Positions 1-9,807 of a stretch of 64,000 bases of DNA are shown piece after piece; position 1 is the stretch's first letter, and each line of letters starts with the position of its first letter. The translations under genes were made by a program, and so were the position numbers. The stretch is from the NCBI GenBank assembly GCA_963827275.1, contig CAWHAA010000004.1, forward strand, positions 640,001 through 704,000, in the 5' to 3' direction. Under the pieces are notes generated by a model. That model had not been told where the DNA came from. It did no database searches and was given only the letters and a program-made list of their open reading frames with translations. This DNA comes from an uncultured Spirochaetota bacterium. Its GTDB lineage: Bacteria; Spirochaetota; UBA4802; UBA5550.

Positions 1-223
1 CGTGTTTATCTTGAGGTTGAATGAGAAGGTGTATATGATCGGGATTGATCTTATAACCCAGTATAATAAAATTCTTTATTGCAGCGCATAATTCCAGGTC
101 GTCAATAAACAATCCGCATAGAATATCATCCTCGAACCAGGGGAATCGCCTATCGGTCACCGTCGTGATAAAATATGCGGCATTGTCGATGTAGTATCTT
201 ATGTGTTTGTTATGGTGATGCAT
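1..223 (-). CDS. REP-associated tyrosine transposase (RAYT / Y1_Tnp HUH superfamily), 5' part, runs off the window
   Basis: Manual translation from ATG at 223: MHHHNKHIRYYIDNAAYFITTVTDRRFPWFEDDILCGLFIDDLELCAAIKNFIILGYKINPDHIHLLIQPQDKH. It has the RAYT-type YFITxxT-x-R-x-P-x-F N-terminus and the PDHxH HUH motif. GTAG palindromes start about 70 bp upstream. Not in the ORF track. Confidence 0.85.
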   Translation of the reverse strand, partial: MHHHNKHIRYYIDNAAYFITTVTDRRFPWFEDDILCGLFIDDLELCAAIKNFIILGYKINPDHIHLLIQPQDKH

Positions 224-294
224 GTTGGTCCTATTTTGGTTTTTTAATGGGTATTACGAATGAGGAGAAAGAGATGTGAAAAGATTTTTTACGC

Positions 295-452
295 GCATGT
301 AGGACGGGTCACGTGCGCATGTAGGCCGGGTCACGTGCGCATGTAGGCCGGGTCACGTGTGCATGTAGGCGGGGTCACGTGTGCATGTAGGCGGGGTCAC
401 GTGTGCATGTAGGCGGGGTCACGTGACCCCGCCTACATGCACACAAACGACC
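295..452. repeat. GTAG-type REP cluster: six tandem 22-bp left arms, the last completing a perfect 44-bp palindrome
   Basis: Units GCATGTAGG(A/C)(C/G)GGGTCACGTG(C/T) start at 295, 317, 339, 361, 383 and 405. Perfect inverted repeat at 401-444: GTGTGCATGTAGGCGGGGTCAC|GTGACCCCGCCTACATGCACAC. Confidence 0.9.
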
Positions 453-534
453 TTGCAACTTAATAACGCTTTTTGAAAAAAATTTATTTATCCGGCATGC
501 CATTCGTATACAGGCTAAAATCGCTGGTGCGAAC

Positions 535-855
535 ATGCCGGTAAATAATTATAAAATATACATCAACCAGGTTGTAAGGATCGTGATCTATTTCCTTTCT
601 GACAGGAAGAATATTCTTGACTTCGTTGTCAAAATTGAATATTTTTTCAATGGTTCATGGAGGGAAATGGAGCGTTACGATTGCGCCCATGGCTACGTGC
701 ATAAGGACATGCTCGACCGTCGGGGTTGTAAAAAGCGCGTAATCGCTTTTACCCATCTTGATCATAAGTCTGGATTGAATTACGCTATATCCGATTTCAA
801 GAAGAACTATGAATCGATAATCCGGAGATATCTTCATGAAAAAGAACACAAGTAG
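535..855 (+). CDS. small RYDxAHG-motif protein, putative toxin of a two-gene module
   Basis: 106 aa, AT-rich, with motif ERYDCAHGYVHKD. Resemblance to DUF6516/TumE-like TA proteins is from memory and not verified. Overlaps a downstream small ORF. Confidence 0.6.
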   Translation: MPVNNYKIYINQVVRIVIYFLSDRKNILDFVVKIEYFFNGSWREMERYDCAHGYVHKDMLDRRGCKKRVIAFTHLDHKSGLNYAISDFKKNYESIIRRYLHEKEHK

Positions 856-1015
856 CGTTAAAACCGAAGTCCAGCTTGTGGAGGAAATGCTGATACGAGA
901 AGGCTTTACGCGGATCACCGCCCGCGAGAAACGCTCCCCGGAATTCCGCGATTCATTGAAGGAATTTGACCAGCGCAGAAAGAGGTTTAAAACGAAATTG
1001 AAGAGTCGCGCGTGA
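836..1015 (+). CDS. 59-aa basic protein, putative antitoxin/partner
   Basis: ATG at 836 with GGAG just upstream. MKKNTSSVKTEVQLVEEMLIREGFTRITAREKRSPEFRDSLKEFDQRRKRFKTKLKSRA*. Overlaps the upstream gene by 20 nt; its stop codon lies in the REP arm. Not in the ORF track. Confidence 0.55.
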   Translation: MKKNTSSVKTEVQLVEEMLIREGFTRITAREKRSPEFRDSLKEFDQRRKRFKTKLKSRA

Positions 1016-1041
1016 CCCCGCCTGCATGCACACAAACGACC
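1011..1041. repeat. REP right arm (direct repeat of 422-452)
   Basis: CGTGACCCCGCCTGCATGCACACAAACGACC, 30/31 identical to 422-452. Confidence 0.85.
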
Positions 1042-1223
1042 GCGCCACCGCCGCCCGTACCGGAGCGTGACCTCCACCACAAACATGCTGTAATACCAAA
1101 AAAAGCCTACCTGTGCTAAAATTTATTGACATATCGGCTTCAAATATTTATATTTTATATTAATAAAACTTCTGTTTTAAAACGACATGCATATTCATTA
1201 TTCACAAATAACCGTGGAACCAG

Positions 1224-1308
<85 letters not shown>

Positions 1309-1472
1309 GGATCGTTTTTTAAGCCTCCGGCATATTCAAGCCAAAATTTCTCACCAAATAGTTTTTCGTTATCCCGGCATCCATGTGTTCGCGTGCATGT
1401 TCATGCGGCTTTTTATTTTAAGCACGCGCGCAATGCCTTTTAAAAATAAGAATATATAAGGAGCCATGAAAT

Positions 1473-2945
1473 ATGAAGATGCGGAACGATTATCGCAAAC
1501 AATCAGTGCCTGTTATAATACTGGCGGTGCTGACCGTTTTATCCATGGCTTCATGCACGAAAAAAAAGACATCAATACTGCCATTATTCCCTGTATCCCC
1601 TGGCCTGACCTTCAATGTTTCCTTTGACTCCCAGGGCGGGACGTCAGTCATTGGCCAGGTTGTTGCGGATGGTGGGCTTGTTGCTGAACCGGCCTCTCCC
1701 GCGAAAACCGGATATCTTTTCGGCGGCTGGTATGCTGATGCTACATATATAGCCGAATGGGATTTTGATAATGATATAGTGACCGAAGCGCTTACCCTTT
1801 ATGCGAAATGGGATAGCTATTCATACACGGTAGATTTTGACAGCCAGTCTGCCACGGTCGATGCAAGCCCTGCAACCAAAACCGTGGCCTCGCCCGCGAC
1901 TACCGTGGACGCCCTGCCCACCGCTCCAACGAAGAGCGGTTACTATTTTGCCGGGTGGTACACCGGCCCCAACGGAACCGGGACTGAATTCATTGCCACG
2001 ACTGCTGTGACGGGAAGCATGATCGTATACGCCCTCTGGTCGGCCAACCCGACCTATGTCGTGACCTTCGACGGCCAGGGAGCTACGACCGCGCCGGTCC
2101 CGACCAGCATATCGGTCGTGTCTCCGAGCATCAATGTGGGGACCCTGCCGACAGCGCCGCTTTACACAGGATACAATTTCGGCGGATGGTGGACCGAGAC
2201 TGGCGGAGGGGGCACCCAGTTCCTTGCGGACACGACTGTTTCCGGCAACATAACCATATTCGCACGATGGGACAGCTATTCATACACGGTGACGTTTGAC
2301 AGCACGGGCGGGTCCGCGGTGTCTGATGAAATTGTTGCTTCCCCTGATACCACGGTGGGCACCCTGCCGGCAGACCCGACGCTGGATGGCTACACCTTTG
2401 GCGGATGGTGGACAGAGATTGATGGCGGCGGCACGCAGTTTTCAGCGGGAACAACCGTCACTGACAGCATAACGGTATTCGCGAACTGGGTAGCACAATG
2501 AGAATACCGTCACATTCAATGCTAACGGCGGCACCGGCACAATGGACCCACAGGCGATACTTATCGGCGAGACTGAACCTTTAAATACTAACACCTATAC
2601 CAGGGCAGGGTACAGTTTTGCCGGCTGGGCGACTTCTGAAACGGGGCCGGTCGAGTACTGCAAACGGCGCGGACTACCTCATGGGTACCGAAAGCGTGAC
2701 CCTGTTTGCGAAATGGACGCCGAATGACTACACGGTCTCCTTTGATCCGAATGGCGGCACCGGGACAATGGACCCGCAGACCATTGCCTGTGACGCGACA
2801 GCGGCGTTGACGTTGAATGCGTTTACCCGGGATGGGTACACCTTTGCGGGGTGGGCGACATCTTCCGGCGGTTCTGTTGTGTATACGGATGGCGCGGATT
2901 ACACCATGGGGACGGAGAGTGTGACGTTGTATGCGAAGTGGAATA
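1473..2945 (+). CDS. lipoprotein N-terminal half with InlB B-repeat (Flg_new) domains, frameshifted
   Basis: Signal peptide with lipobox MASC; AGGAG RBS. Repeated VTFD...P.K.GY.F.GWY...TLYAKW units continue across frameshifts near 2495 and 2660 (ORFs 1473-2501, 2542-2727, 2618-3856). Confidence 0.85.
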
Positions 2946-4724
2946 TTCCAGCGACACGTGTTTATGGACAGGATGGAAGTTTTACAACTGATGGTACAAC
3001 TAGATCCTATAGTTTGTATTATCCTAGAGATATTGCTGTGGATTCAGAAGGTATTTATATTGTTGATTACATGAACAACCGTGTATTGTATTATTCCGGT
3101 ACCAGTACAACAGCAACACGCGTATATGGACAGGGAGGCAATTTTACAACAGGTAATGGTGATAATGGCGGAGTTAGCGCTGATAGTTTGAGTCAACCTT
3201 GTGGTATTGCCCTTGATGCTGGAGGTGTATATATTTCTGATTATACCAATAATCGTGTGTTATATTATTCCGGTACCAGCACGACAGCGACACGGGTATA
3301 TGGTCAAGGAGGCAGTTTTACATCAGGTACTCGTAATAATGGTGGAATAAGTGCTGATAGTTTAAATGGACCATGGGGTATAGCAGTTGATTCTGGAGGT
3401 GTGTATATTGCTGATAGAAGCAATAATCGTGTATTATATTATGCTGGGACTAGTACGACAGCGACGAGAGTATATGGACAAGGAGGAAGTTTTACTACAA
3501 ATTTTGCCAATAAAGGAGCTGTTAACGCTGATGGTTTGAACCATCCTTATGACGTATCAGTTGATGCGGGAGGAATTTATATTGCTGATTCTGATAACAA
3601 TCGTGTTTTGTATTATTCCGGTACAAGCACGACAGCAATGAGAGTGTATGGGCAAGGTGGTAGTTTTACTACAATTACAGCTAACAATGGCGGGATCAGT
3701 GCTAATAGTTTGTATAAACCCATTCATGTGGGTGTTGATACGGGAGGTATATTTATTGCTGATAATTCAAATAATCGTATATTATATTATTCTGGCAACA
3801 GTACAATAGCAACAATGGTGTATGGTCAAGGTGGCAGTTTTACATCTAATACTTAATCCATTTGGCGGGGCAGGGTTTATGGTCAGGGAGGCAGTTTTTC
3901 TAATAATACAGCTAACAATGGCGGTATTAGTGCTGATAGTTTGAGTGGTCCTTGGGGTATTTTTGTTGATACTGGAGGGGTATATATTGCTGATGCGATA
4001 ACAACGTGTATTGTATTATTCTGGCACAAGTACGACAGCAGCTAGGGTGTATGGTCAGGGAGGTGGCTTTTCTTCTAATACTGCCAATAATGGCGGTATT
4101 AGTGCTGATAGTTTGAATTATCCTTGTGGTATTACCGCTGATACTGGAGGGGTATATATTGCGGATACAGCTAATAATCGTGTATTGTATTACTCTGGCA
4201 CCAGTACGACAGCAACAAGGGTGTATGGTCAAGGTGGCAGTTTTACTTCTAATACTTCCAATAATGGCGGTATTGGTGCTGATAGCTTAATGGGACCACG
4301 TGACGTTGCTGTTGATGCAGGTGGTGTTTATATCGTTGATGGTGAGAACAGTCGTGTATTGTACTATTCTGGCACCAGTACGACAGCAACAAGGGTGTAT
4401 GGTCAGGGAGGTAGTTTTACTACCAATACTGGTAATAATGGTGGTATTAGTGCTGATAGTTTGAATGTTCCATGGGGTATAGCAGTGGAAGTTGATGGGT
4501 TATATATTGCCGATACATTTAACTCTCGAATATTATATTATACCGGTATCAGTACTACAGCAACAATGGTGTATGGTCAGGGTGGCAGTTTTACATCTAA
4601 TACTCCAAATAATGGTGGTATTAGTACTTATAGTTTGTTTCAACCTTTTAGTGTATTTGTTAATACTGAAGGAGTATATGTTGCTGATACTTCGAATAGA
4701 CGTGTCTTATGGTATTCAAAATAA
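2946..4724 (+). CDS. NHL-repeat beta-propeller C-terminal half of the same surface protein, interrupted
   Basis: About eleven 60-aa (180-bp) repeats: RVYGQGGSFT...L..P.GIAVD.GGVYIAD..NNRVLYYSGTSTTA. Stop/junction at 3856 and frameshift near 4000. Clearly lower GC than 1473-2945. Confidence 0.85.
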
Positions 4725-4812
4725 TAAATTTGTTTGATATCATAGTTATGTCTTAAGTTCGTTTAGTAGTATTCGAGCCAAACTATTCTCATACTTGTTA
4801 TCGGAACATATC

Positions 4813-5289
4813 ATGGAGAAAAATTTTGCAAAATATTATAGTTATAAGGTAGCTTGGGGAAGGATTAATAATGCCATTTCAAAAAAATATTTCCTTGAAG
4901 CGATTACCCTTGAAGAGAGTATTATGAGTGATAGACTATGGTCATACCTTGAGGGTGTAGGTTGTAAAACTAACCATAAGATATTCAACACTTTGATTAA
5001 AGATTGGAAAAAAATATATCCTGATCCAATAGAATATCCCGGGATAAAAATCAGTGGTAGACACATAACAAGCCTTCAGGAAGAAGTGGATAAATGGCGA
5101 GATAATCGCAATTTTGTTATTCATGGTCTTGTAAAATCGAAACCTGGTACACCAACTCAGAGTGTACCTGATTTTTTAAAATTAGCAAAAACTGTAGCAG
5201 AAGACGGGAAAAAACTTGCTAGGGCTGTTACCGTTTGGCAAAGGAAACAATTAAGAAAAGCGTTAAAGAATAAAACAAAGCTAGTTTGA
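4813..5289 (+). CDS. hypothetical protein with HEPN-like Rx4H motif
   Basis: AT-rich, likely helical. EAITLEESIMSDRL N-terminal helix and WRDNRNFVIHG motif. ORF track start 4795; ATG at 4813 preferred. Confidence 0.6.
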   Translation: MEKNFAKYYSYKVAWGRINNAISKKYFLEAITLEESIMSDRLWSYLEGVGCKTNHKIFNTLIKDWKKIYPDPIEYPGIKISGRHITSLQEEVDKWRDNRNFVIHGLVKSKPGTPTQSVPDFLKLAKTVAEDGKKLARAVTVWQRKQLRKALKNKTKLV

Positions 5290-5428
5290 CCAATTTTGTT
5301 CGCTTTGATGATAATAATAATTCTAATTATGGAATAAAAATCGCCACATGGCGCTTCCCGGAGCCTCCGTTCGGCGGGAAGAAATATGTGGAGCATACGT
5401 TTAAGTTTCAGGACGAGAAGAAATAACG

Positions 5429-5506
5429 CGCATGTAGGCCGGGTCACGTGACCCGGCCTACATGCGTATAACCCCGCCTACATGCGTATAACCCCAACCA
5501 CAAACG
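5429..5506. repeat. GTAG-type REP palindrome followed by tandem right arms
   Basis: Perfect 38-bp IR at 5429-5466 (CGCATGTAGGCCGGGTCAC|GTGACCCGGCCTACATGCG), then ATAACCCCGCCTACATGCGT and ATAACCCC, then the CACAAACG tail also seen at 442 and 1031. Confidence 0.9.
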
Positions 5507-5553
5507 CCCCAATTTCCATTTGACATTTCCGCCCCCTCCGCTCCAATACCCTC

Positions 5554-6679
5554 ATGCAATTTCGTGTAACCTCCACCGATAACAGACACCGCAGCGCGCA
5601 CCGGCGAGATCGTCACCTCGCGGGGAACGATACGCACGCCCGTGTTCATGCCCGTGGGTACGCGGGGGTCGATACGCGCCCTGTCCGGGCGCGACGTGGA
5701 GGAGCTCGATTTCGACATCATCCTCTCCAACACCTATCACCTGTACCTGCGTCCCGGCGTGGAGGTGCTGAAGAAGGCGGGGGGCCTGCACGCCTTCATG
5801 AACTACAATAAACCGGTCCTTACCGACTCGGGCGGGTTCCAGGTCTTTTCACTCTCGGACCTCTGCCGTGTGAAGCAGAACGGCGTGGAGTTCCGGTCGC
5901 ACATCGACGGCTCGCTCCACTTCTTCTCTCCCGAGTCGGTCCTGGACGTGCAGAGGGCGATCGGCTCCGACATCATGATGGTGCTGGACCAGTGCACCGA
6001 GTATCCGATCGAGGAGGCGGAGGCGCGGAAAGCAGTGGACCGGACCGTGGAATGGGCGCACGCCTCGCACCGCTACTGGCGCGATACTTTCGACACGGAC
6101 CGCCAGGCCCTGTTTGCGATCGTGCAGGGGAGCGTCTTCAGGGACCTTCGCAAAGAGTGCGCGGAGCGCCTGCTCGAGCTTCCGTTTTCCGGCATAGCGA
6201 TAGGGGGGCTCTCGGTGGGCGAGCCGAAGGAGCTGTACCGGGAGATCACCGAATATACCCTCTCCCTCCTTCCGGCCGACCGCCCGCGGTACATGATGGG
6301 CGTGGGGAGCCCCATGGAGATCCTCTACGCGATACGCCACGGCATCGACATGTTCGACTCGGTGATGCCCACCCGTATCGCGCGCAACGGCACGATTTTT
6401 ACCTCGGCCGGGAGATTCAGCATCAAGTCCGCGGCTTTCGAGGCGGACCTCTCGCCGCTTGATGAAACGTGCGGCTGTTATGTGTGCCGCAACTATTCAC
6501 GGGCCTACCTGCGGCACCTGTTCCGTGTCGGCGAGATTTCGGCGCTGATCTATAACACGTATCATAACCTGTATTTCATGAATAGCTTCATGAATGAGAT
6601 AAGAAAAAGCATCGCCGGAGGCGTCTTCGATGCTGAATACAGGAAATGGGAAGCCCTGTATGGAAACGGTGACATTTAA
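5554..6679 (+). CDS. tgt: tRNA-guanine transglycosylase (frameshift near 5580)
   Basis: ARTG...TPVFMPVGT, SNTYHL, TDSGGFQVFSL, CGCYVC zinc site. The N-terminus MQFRVTSTD is in another frame. Confidence 0.95.
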
Positions 6680-6730
6680 TGTGAAATGTATAAAAATTCA
6701 CTTGACCATATTCAATTGAGATAAATAATC

Positions 6731-6759
6731 TTGACATAAAAAATAGAACCATATATAGT
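6731..6759 (+). promoter_or_regulatory. sigma-70-type promoter of the STAS gene
   Basis: TTGACA(6731)-17 bp-TATAGT(6754). Confidence 0.6.
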
Positions 6760-6808
6760 GTTGCTTGCAGTGCCATGCATATCGTAAAACGAGGGGGATA
6801 CCGGGCAG

Positions 6809-7147
6809 ATGGATATAACGACCAGATCAAAAGGAGATGTTATCGTCCTGGATATTGCGGGCGAGATAGATCTTTATAACGCTCCTGAAATAAAAGACAT
6901 CATAAACAAGCTCATCGAAGAAAAAAAATATAACGTCGTGATCAATCTGGAAAAAGTATCCTACATAGATTCTTCCGGTATCGGCGCTCTTATCTCCAGC
7001 CTGTCAAACCTCAAGAAATACCAGGGCGGACTGAAAATCATCAATGTGTTCGCATCGGTGCGGAAGGTGTTCGAGCTGACCAAGTTAACCTCGTTTTTTG
7101 AGATCTTTGACTCGGAGGACCAGGCGGTAAAATCTTTTTCCGGATAA
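6809..7147 (+). CDS. STAS-domain anti-sigma factor antagonist
   Basis: GEIDLYNAP and YIDSSGIGAL phospho-serine motif (SpoIIAA/RsbV type). Confidence 0.92.
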   Translation: MDITTRSKGDVIVLDIAGEIDLYNAPEIKDIINKLIEEKKYNVVINLEKVSYIDSSGIGALISSLSNLKKYQGGLKIINVFASVRKVFELTKLTSFFEIFDSEDQAVKSFSG

Positions 7148-7226
7148 CCGCTTCCCCTGTTCCCTTGATTACAATTCGTCATTAATTGCTTTCGGTCGCT
7201 AATAATTATTACAGGATGAGGTCATT

Positions 7227-8429
7227 ATGAGGCGGGTTAAAATTTTATCGGTTATAATCACGGCCGTGTTTACGGTCGCCATGGTCACGGCGTGCAAGGT
7301 GAGCGTTCCCATCCGCGAGATGTCAACGGCGAAGAGCGCGATCAACACGGCGCAGAAAGTGAATGCGGACAAGTATGCGCCGGAAGACCTTGACCTTGCC
7401 AGGACGAAGCTCCTGGAGAGCCATGACCAGGTGACGGACAAGGACGCCGACAAGGCCAAGAGCTCAGCCGAGGAAGCGACAAGCCTCGCGCAGCTGGCCT
7501 ACAACAAGGCGCTCCCCCTGGTGGCGAAGGACACCATCGCGATCGCGGAAAAGAGCGTGGAGGAGGCCGGTGACGCGTATGCCGAGCGGCTCGCCCCTGA
7601 AGAATACCGCGAGGCGGAAGACAGCCTCAAGCGCGCCAATGACCAGTTCCAGAACAAACAGTATGAAGAGGCATATAGGTCGGCGGTCCTGGCCGATGAA
7701 AAAGCGAAGAGCGCACGGGCCACCGCCCTGGGCAAGAAAGACATGCTCCGCGACTCGATCGTCGAGGTGAAGAGGACCATAGAAGAGGCCGAGCAGTACG
7801 GTGCGAAAAAATACGCGCCGGATAAGTTAAATCTGGCGAATGAAAACGCGGACCTGGCGGAAAAGTCGTATGACGCCCAGGAGCTCAAGAAGGGATTTTC
7901 CGCCGTCGAGGTGGCGAAGCTGAACGCCGATGAGGCGCTCCTTGCCGCCCTGAAGAACACCGCGACTGACAGACTGTCTGCCGCCCAGAAAGCGATCGCC
8001 ATGGCGGAAAAGTCGAAGCTTGCGGCAGCCAACAAGGATGCGATGAACGCGGCCAGGGAATCGCTGGCAGATGCGAAAACCAAGCTCGCGGACGGGAAAT
8101 ACCGTGAATCAATCGCCGCATCCGAGGAGGCGCTGCGCCTGGCATATCTGGCAATGGGCAAGAGGCTCGATGGGACCGACATTGCGGGAGATGGGACCGA
8201 GGGAACGACGCAGGATCAGCAGCAGGTCGATGAACAGGAAAAGGATTATTTTCTGTACACCGTGCAGTACCGGGAGAATTACAAGGACTGCCTCTGGTAT
8301 ATAGCGAAGAAATTTTATGGAAACGGCATGCTCTGGAAGAGGATCTACGAGGCCAACAAGGACCAGATAGGCGATCCTGACCTGATCATGCCGGGCTGGG
8401 TACTGAAGGTCCCGAAGCCTAAAAAATAG
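7227..8429 (+). CDS. LysM lipoprotein with alanine-rich helical repeats (LipL71/LruA-like)
   Basis: Lipobox VTAC; repeated A.KYAPE helical units; C-terminal LysM DCLWYIAKKFYG...W..IYEANK..I.DPDLI.PG. Confidence 0.8.
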   Translation: MRRVKILSVIITAVFTVAMVTACKVSVPIREMSTAKSAINTAQKVNADKYAPEDLDLARTKLLESHDQVTDKDADKAKSSAEEATSLAQLAYNKALPLVAKDTIAIAEKSVEEAGDAYAERLAPEEYREAEDSLKRANDQFQNKQYEEAYRSAVLADEKAKSARATALGKKDMLRDSIVEVKRTIEEAEQYGAKKYAPDKLNLANENADLAEKSYDAQELKKGFSAVEVAKLNADEALLAALKNTATDRLSAAQKAIAMAEKSKLAAANKDAMNAARESLADAKTKLADGKYRESIAASEEALRLAYLAMGKRLDGTDIAGDGTEGTTQDQQQVDEQEKDYFLYTVQYRENYKDCLWYIAKKFYGNGMLWKRIYEANKDQIGDPDLIMPGWVLKVPKPKK

Positions 8430-8777
8430 GGCCACCTCAATGAGGTGACATGCCGGGAGGCCTGACGTACGGCCTCCTGCCGGAAGAGACGCGGGGATTT
8501 TGAAAGGTGCTTTCCATTATGCATCCTGACAATAAGGCCCGGCGTCTCTTTTTGTTTACGGGCTGAGCGGAGACCGGTCCCGTGTCCCGACCGGCGCCGT
8601 ATTTCATGCACCCCTGCCGGCATTGAGCGAATATTGCTTGACCGGATTCTTGAAAAATTCCATTATTCCCATACATCAATTACTGCCGCTTTCGCGACAG
8701 GCCGCCATCTCAGCGAGCAGATAAGTATGCTGCATGGCGCCACAGAGCATCCGGCGGCGACGAAATGTGCTGGTACT

Positions 8778-9804
8778 ATGAAAAAGCAGAAAAAAAAAGA
8801 CAACACCCGGGAACATGACAAGCTTGAGGATGAAGCCCGGGACTCCCTGGCGGAACCGAACGCCGCTGATGATGAAGAGCAGGACCAGGAACAGGAACAG
8901 GACTTCACCGAGGACCTCGACATTGATCTCCTGAAGGTGAAGCCCAAATCCAGGAAAAGAAATAGCTGCCGGCTATTCGGATTCATCGATTTCGTGGTAT
9001 CTGGACCAGATAAACAAGATCCCCCTCCTGTCGCGGGAGGAGGAGGATACCCTCGCGCGCGCCACCCGTGACGGCGACGAAAACGCGAAGAACAGGCTCA
9101 TCAAGGCAAACCTGCGCTTCGTAGTCTCCATCGCCAAGAAATACCAGACCAGCGGCATCTCTCTCCTTGACCTGATCAACGAGGGAAACATGGGCCTCAT
9201 CAAGGCCGCGGAAAAATTCGACCCCGACCGGGGCTTTCATTTCATCTCCTACGCGGTCTGGTGGATACGACAGGCCATCATCCTCGCCATTTCCCAGAAG
9301 GCGTCGCTGATCCGCCTGCCGCTGAACCGGACCGCCGATATCCAGAAAATAGAAAAGGTCCATAAAAAGCTCGAGAGCAGGCTCGGGAGGGAACCGACCC
9401 CGGGCGAGATCGCCGAGGACCTGGATATGGATGACGAGGAGATCAACCACCTCCGTAATATCACCCAGGACTATATATCGCTCGATTCATCGTATGGTGA
9501 CTCTGAGGACACCACGATACTCAGCATGATCGTTGACCAGCGGGTCGATTCGCCGGACAAGAACGTGCTGGACGAGTCCCTCTCCTCCGCCCTGGACGAC
9601 GTGCTGAAGACCCTCACCGAATCCGAGCGGCAGATCATCAAGATGCGTTTCGGGCTCGACGGCTATGAGCCGATGTCGCTCCAGCAGATAGGCGATGAGT
9701 TCAAGCTCTCGAAGGAGCGGATCCGGCAGATAGAGAAAAAGGCGATCCGGCGCCTCCGCCACCCCTCGCGGAGCCAGCGCCTGAAGAGCTTCCTCCAGGA
9801 TTAG
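8778..9804 (+). CDS. RNA polymerase sigma-70 factor, RpoD/RpoS group (frameshift near 8950)
   Basis: Frame open from 8941: [57 protein letters not shown], region 4 [12 protein letters not shown]. Acidic N-terminus from ATG 8778 in another frame. Confidence 0.92.
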
Positions 9805-9807
9805 GCC

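Noticed and set aside
295..444. CRISPR array
   Set aside because: Units are contiguous with no unique spacers, and no cas genes are present. GTAG palindromes and the adjacent RAYT explain it.
401..444. parS site (TCACGTGA core)
   Set aside because: Flanks do not match TGTTTCACGTGAAACA, and the long GC-rich arms with GTAG fit a REP.
2946..4724. diversity-generating retroelement TR/VR pair
   Set aside because: No reverse transcriptase in the window, and differences between repeats are not adenine-specific.
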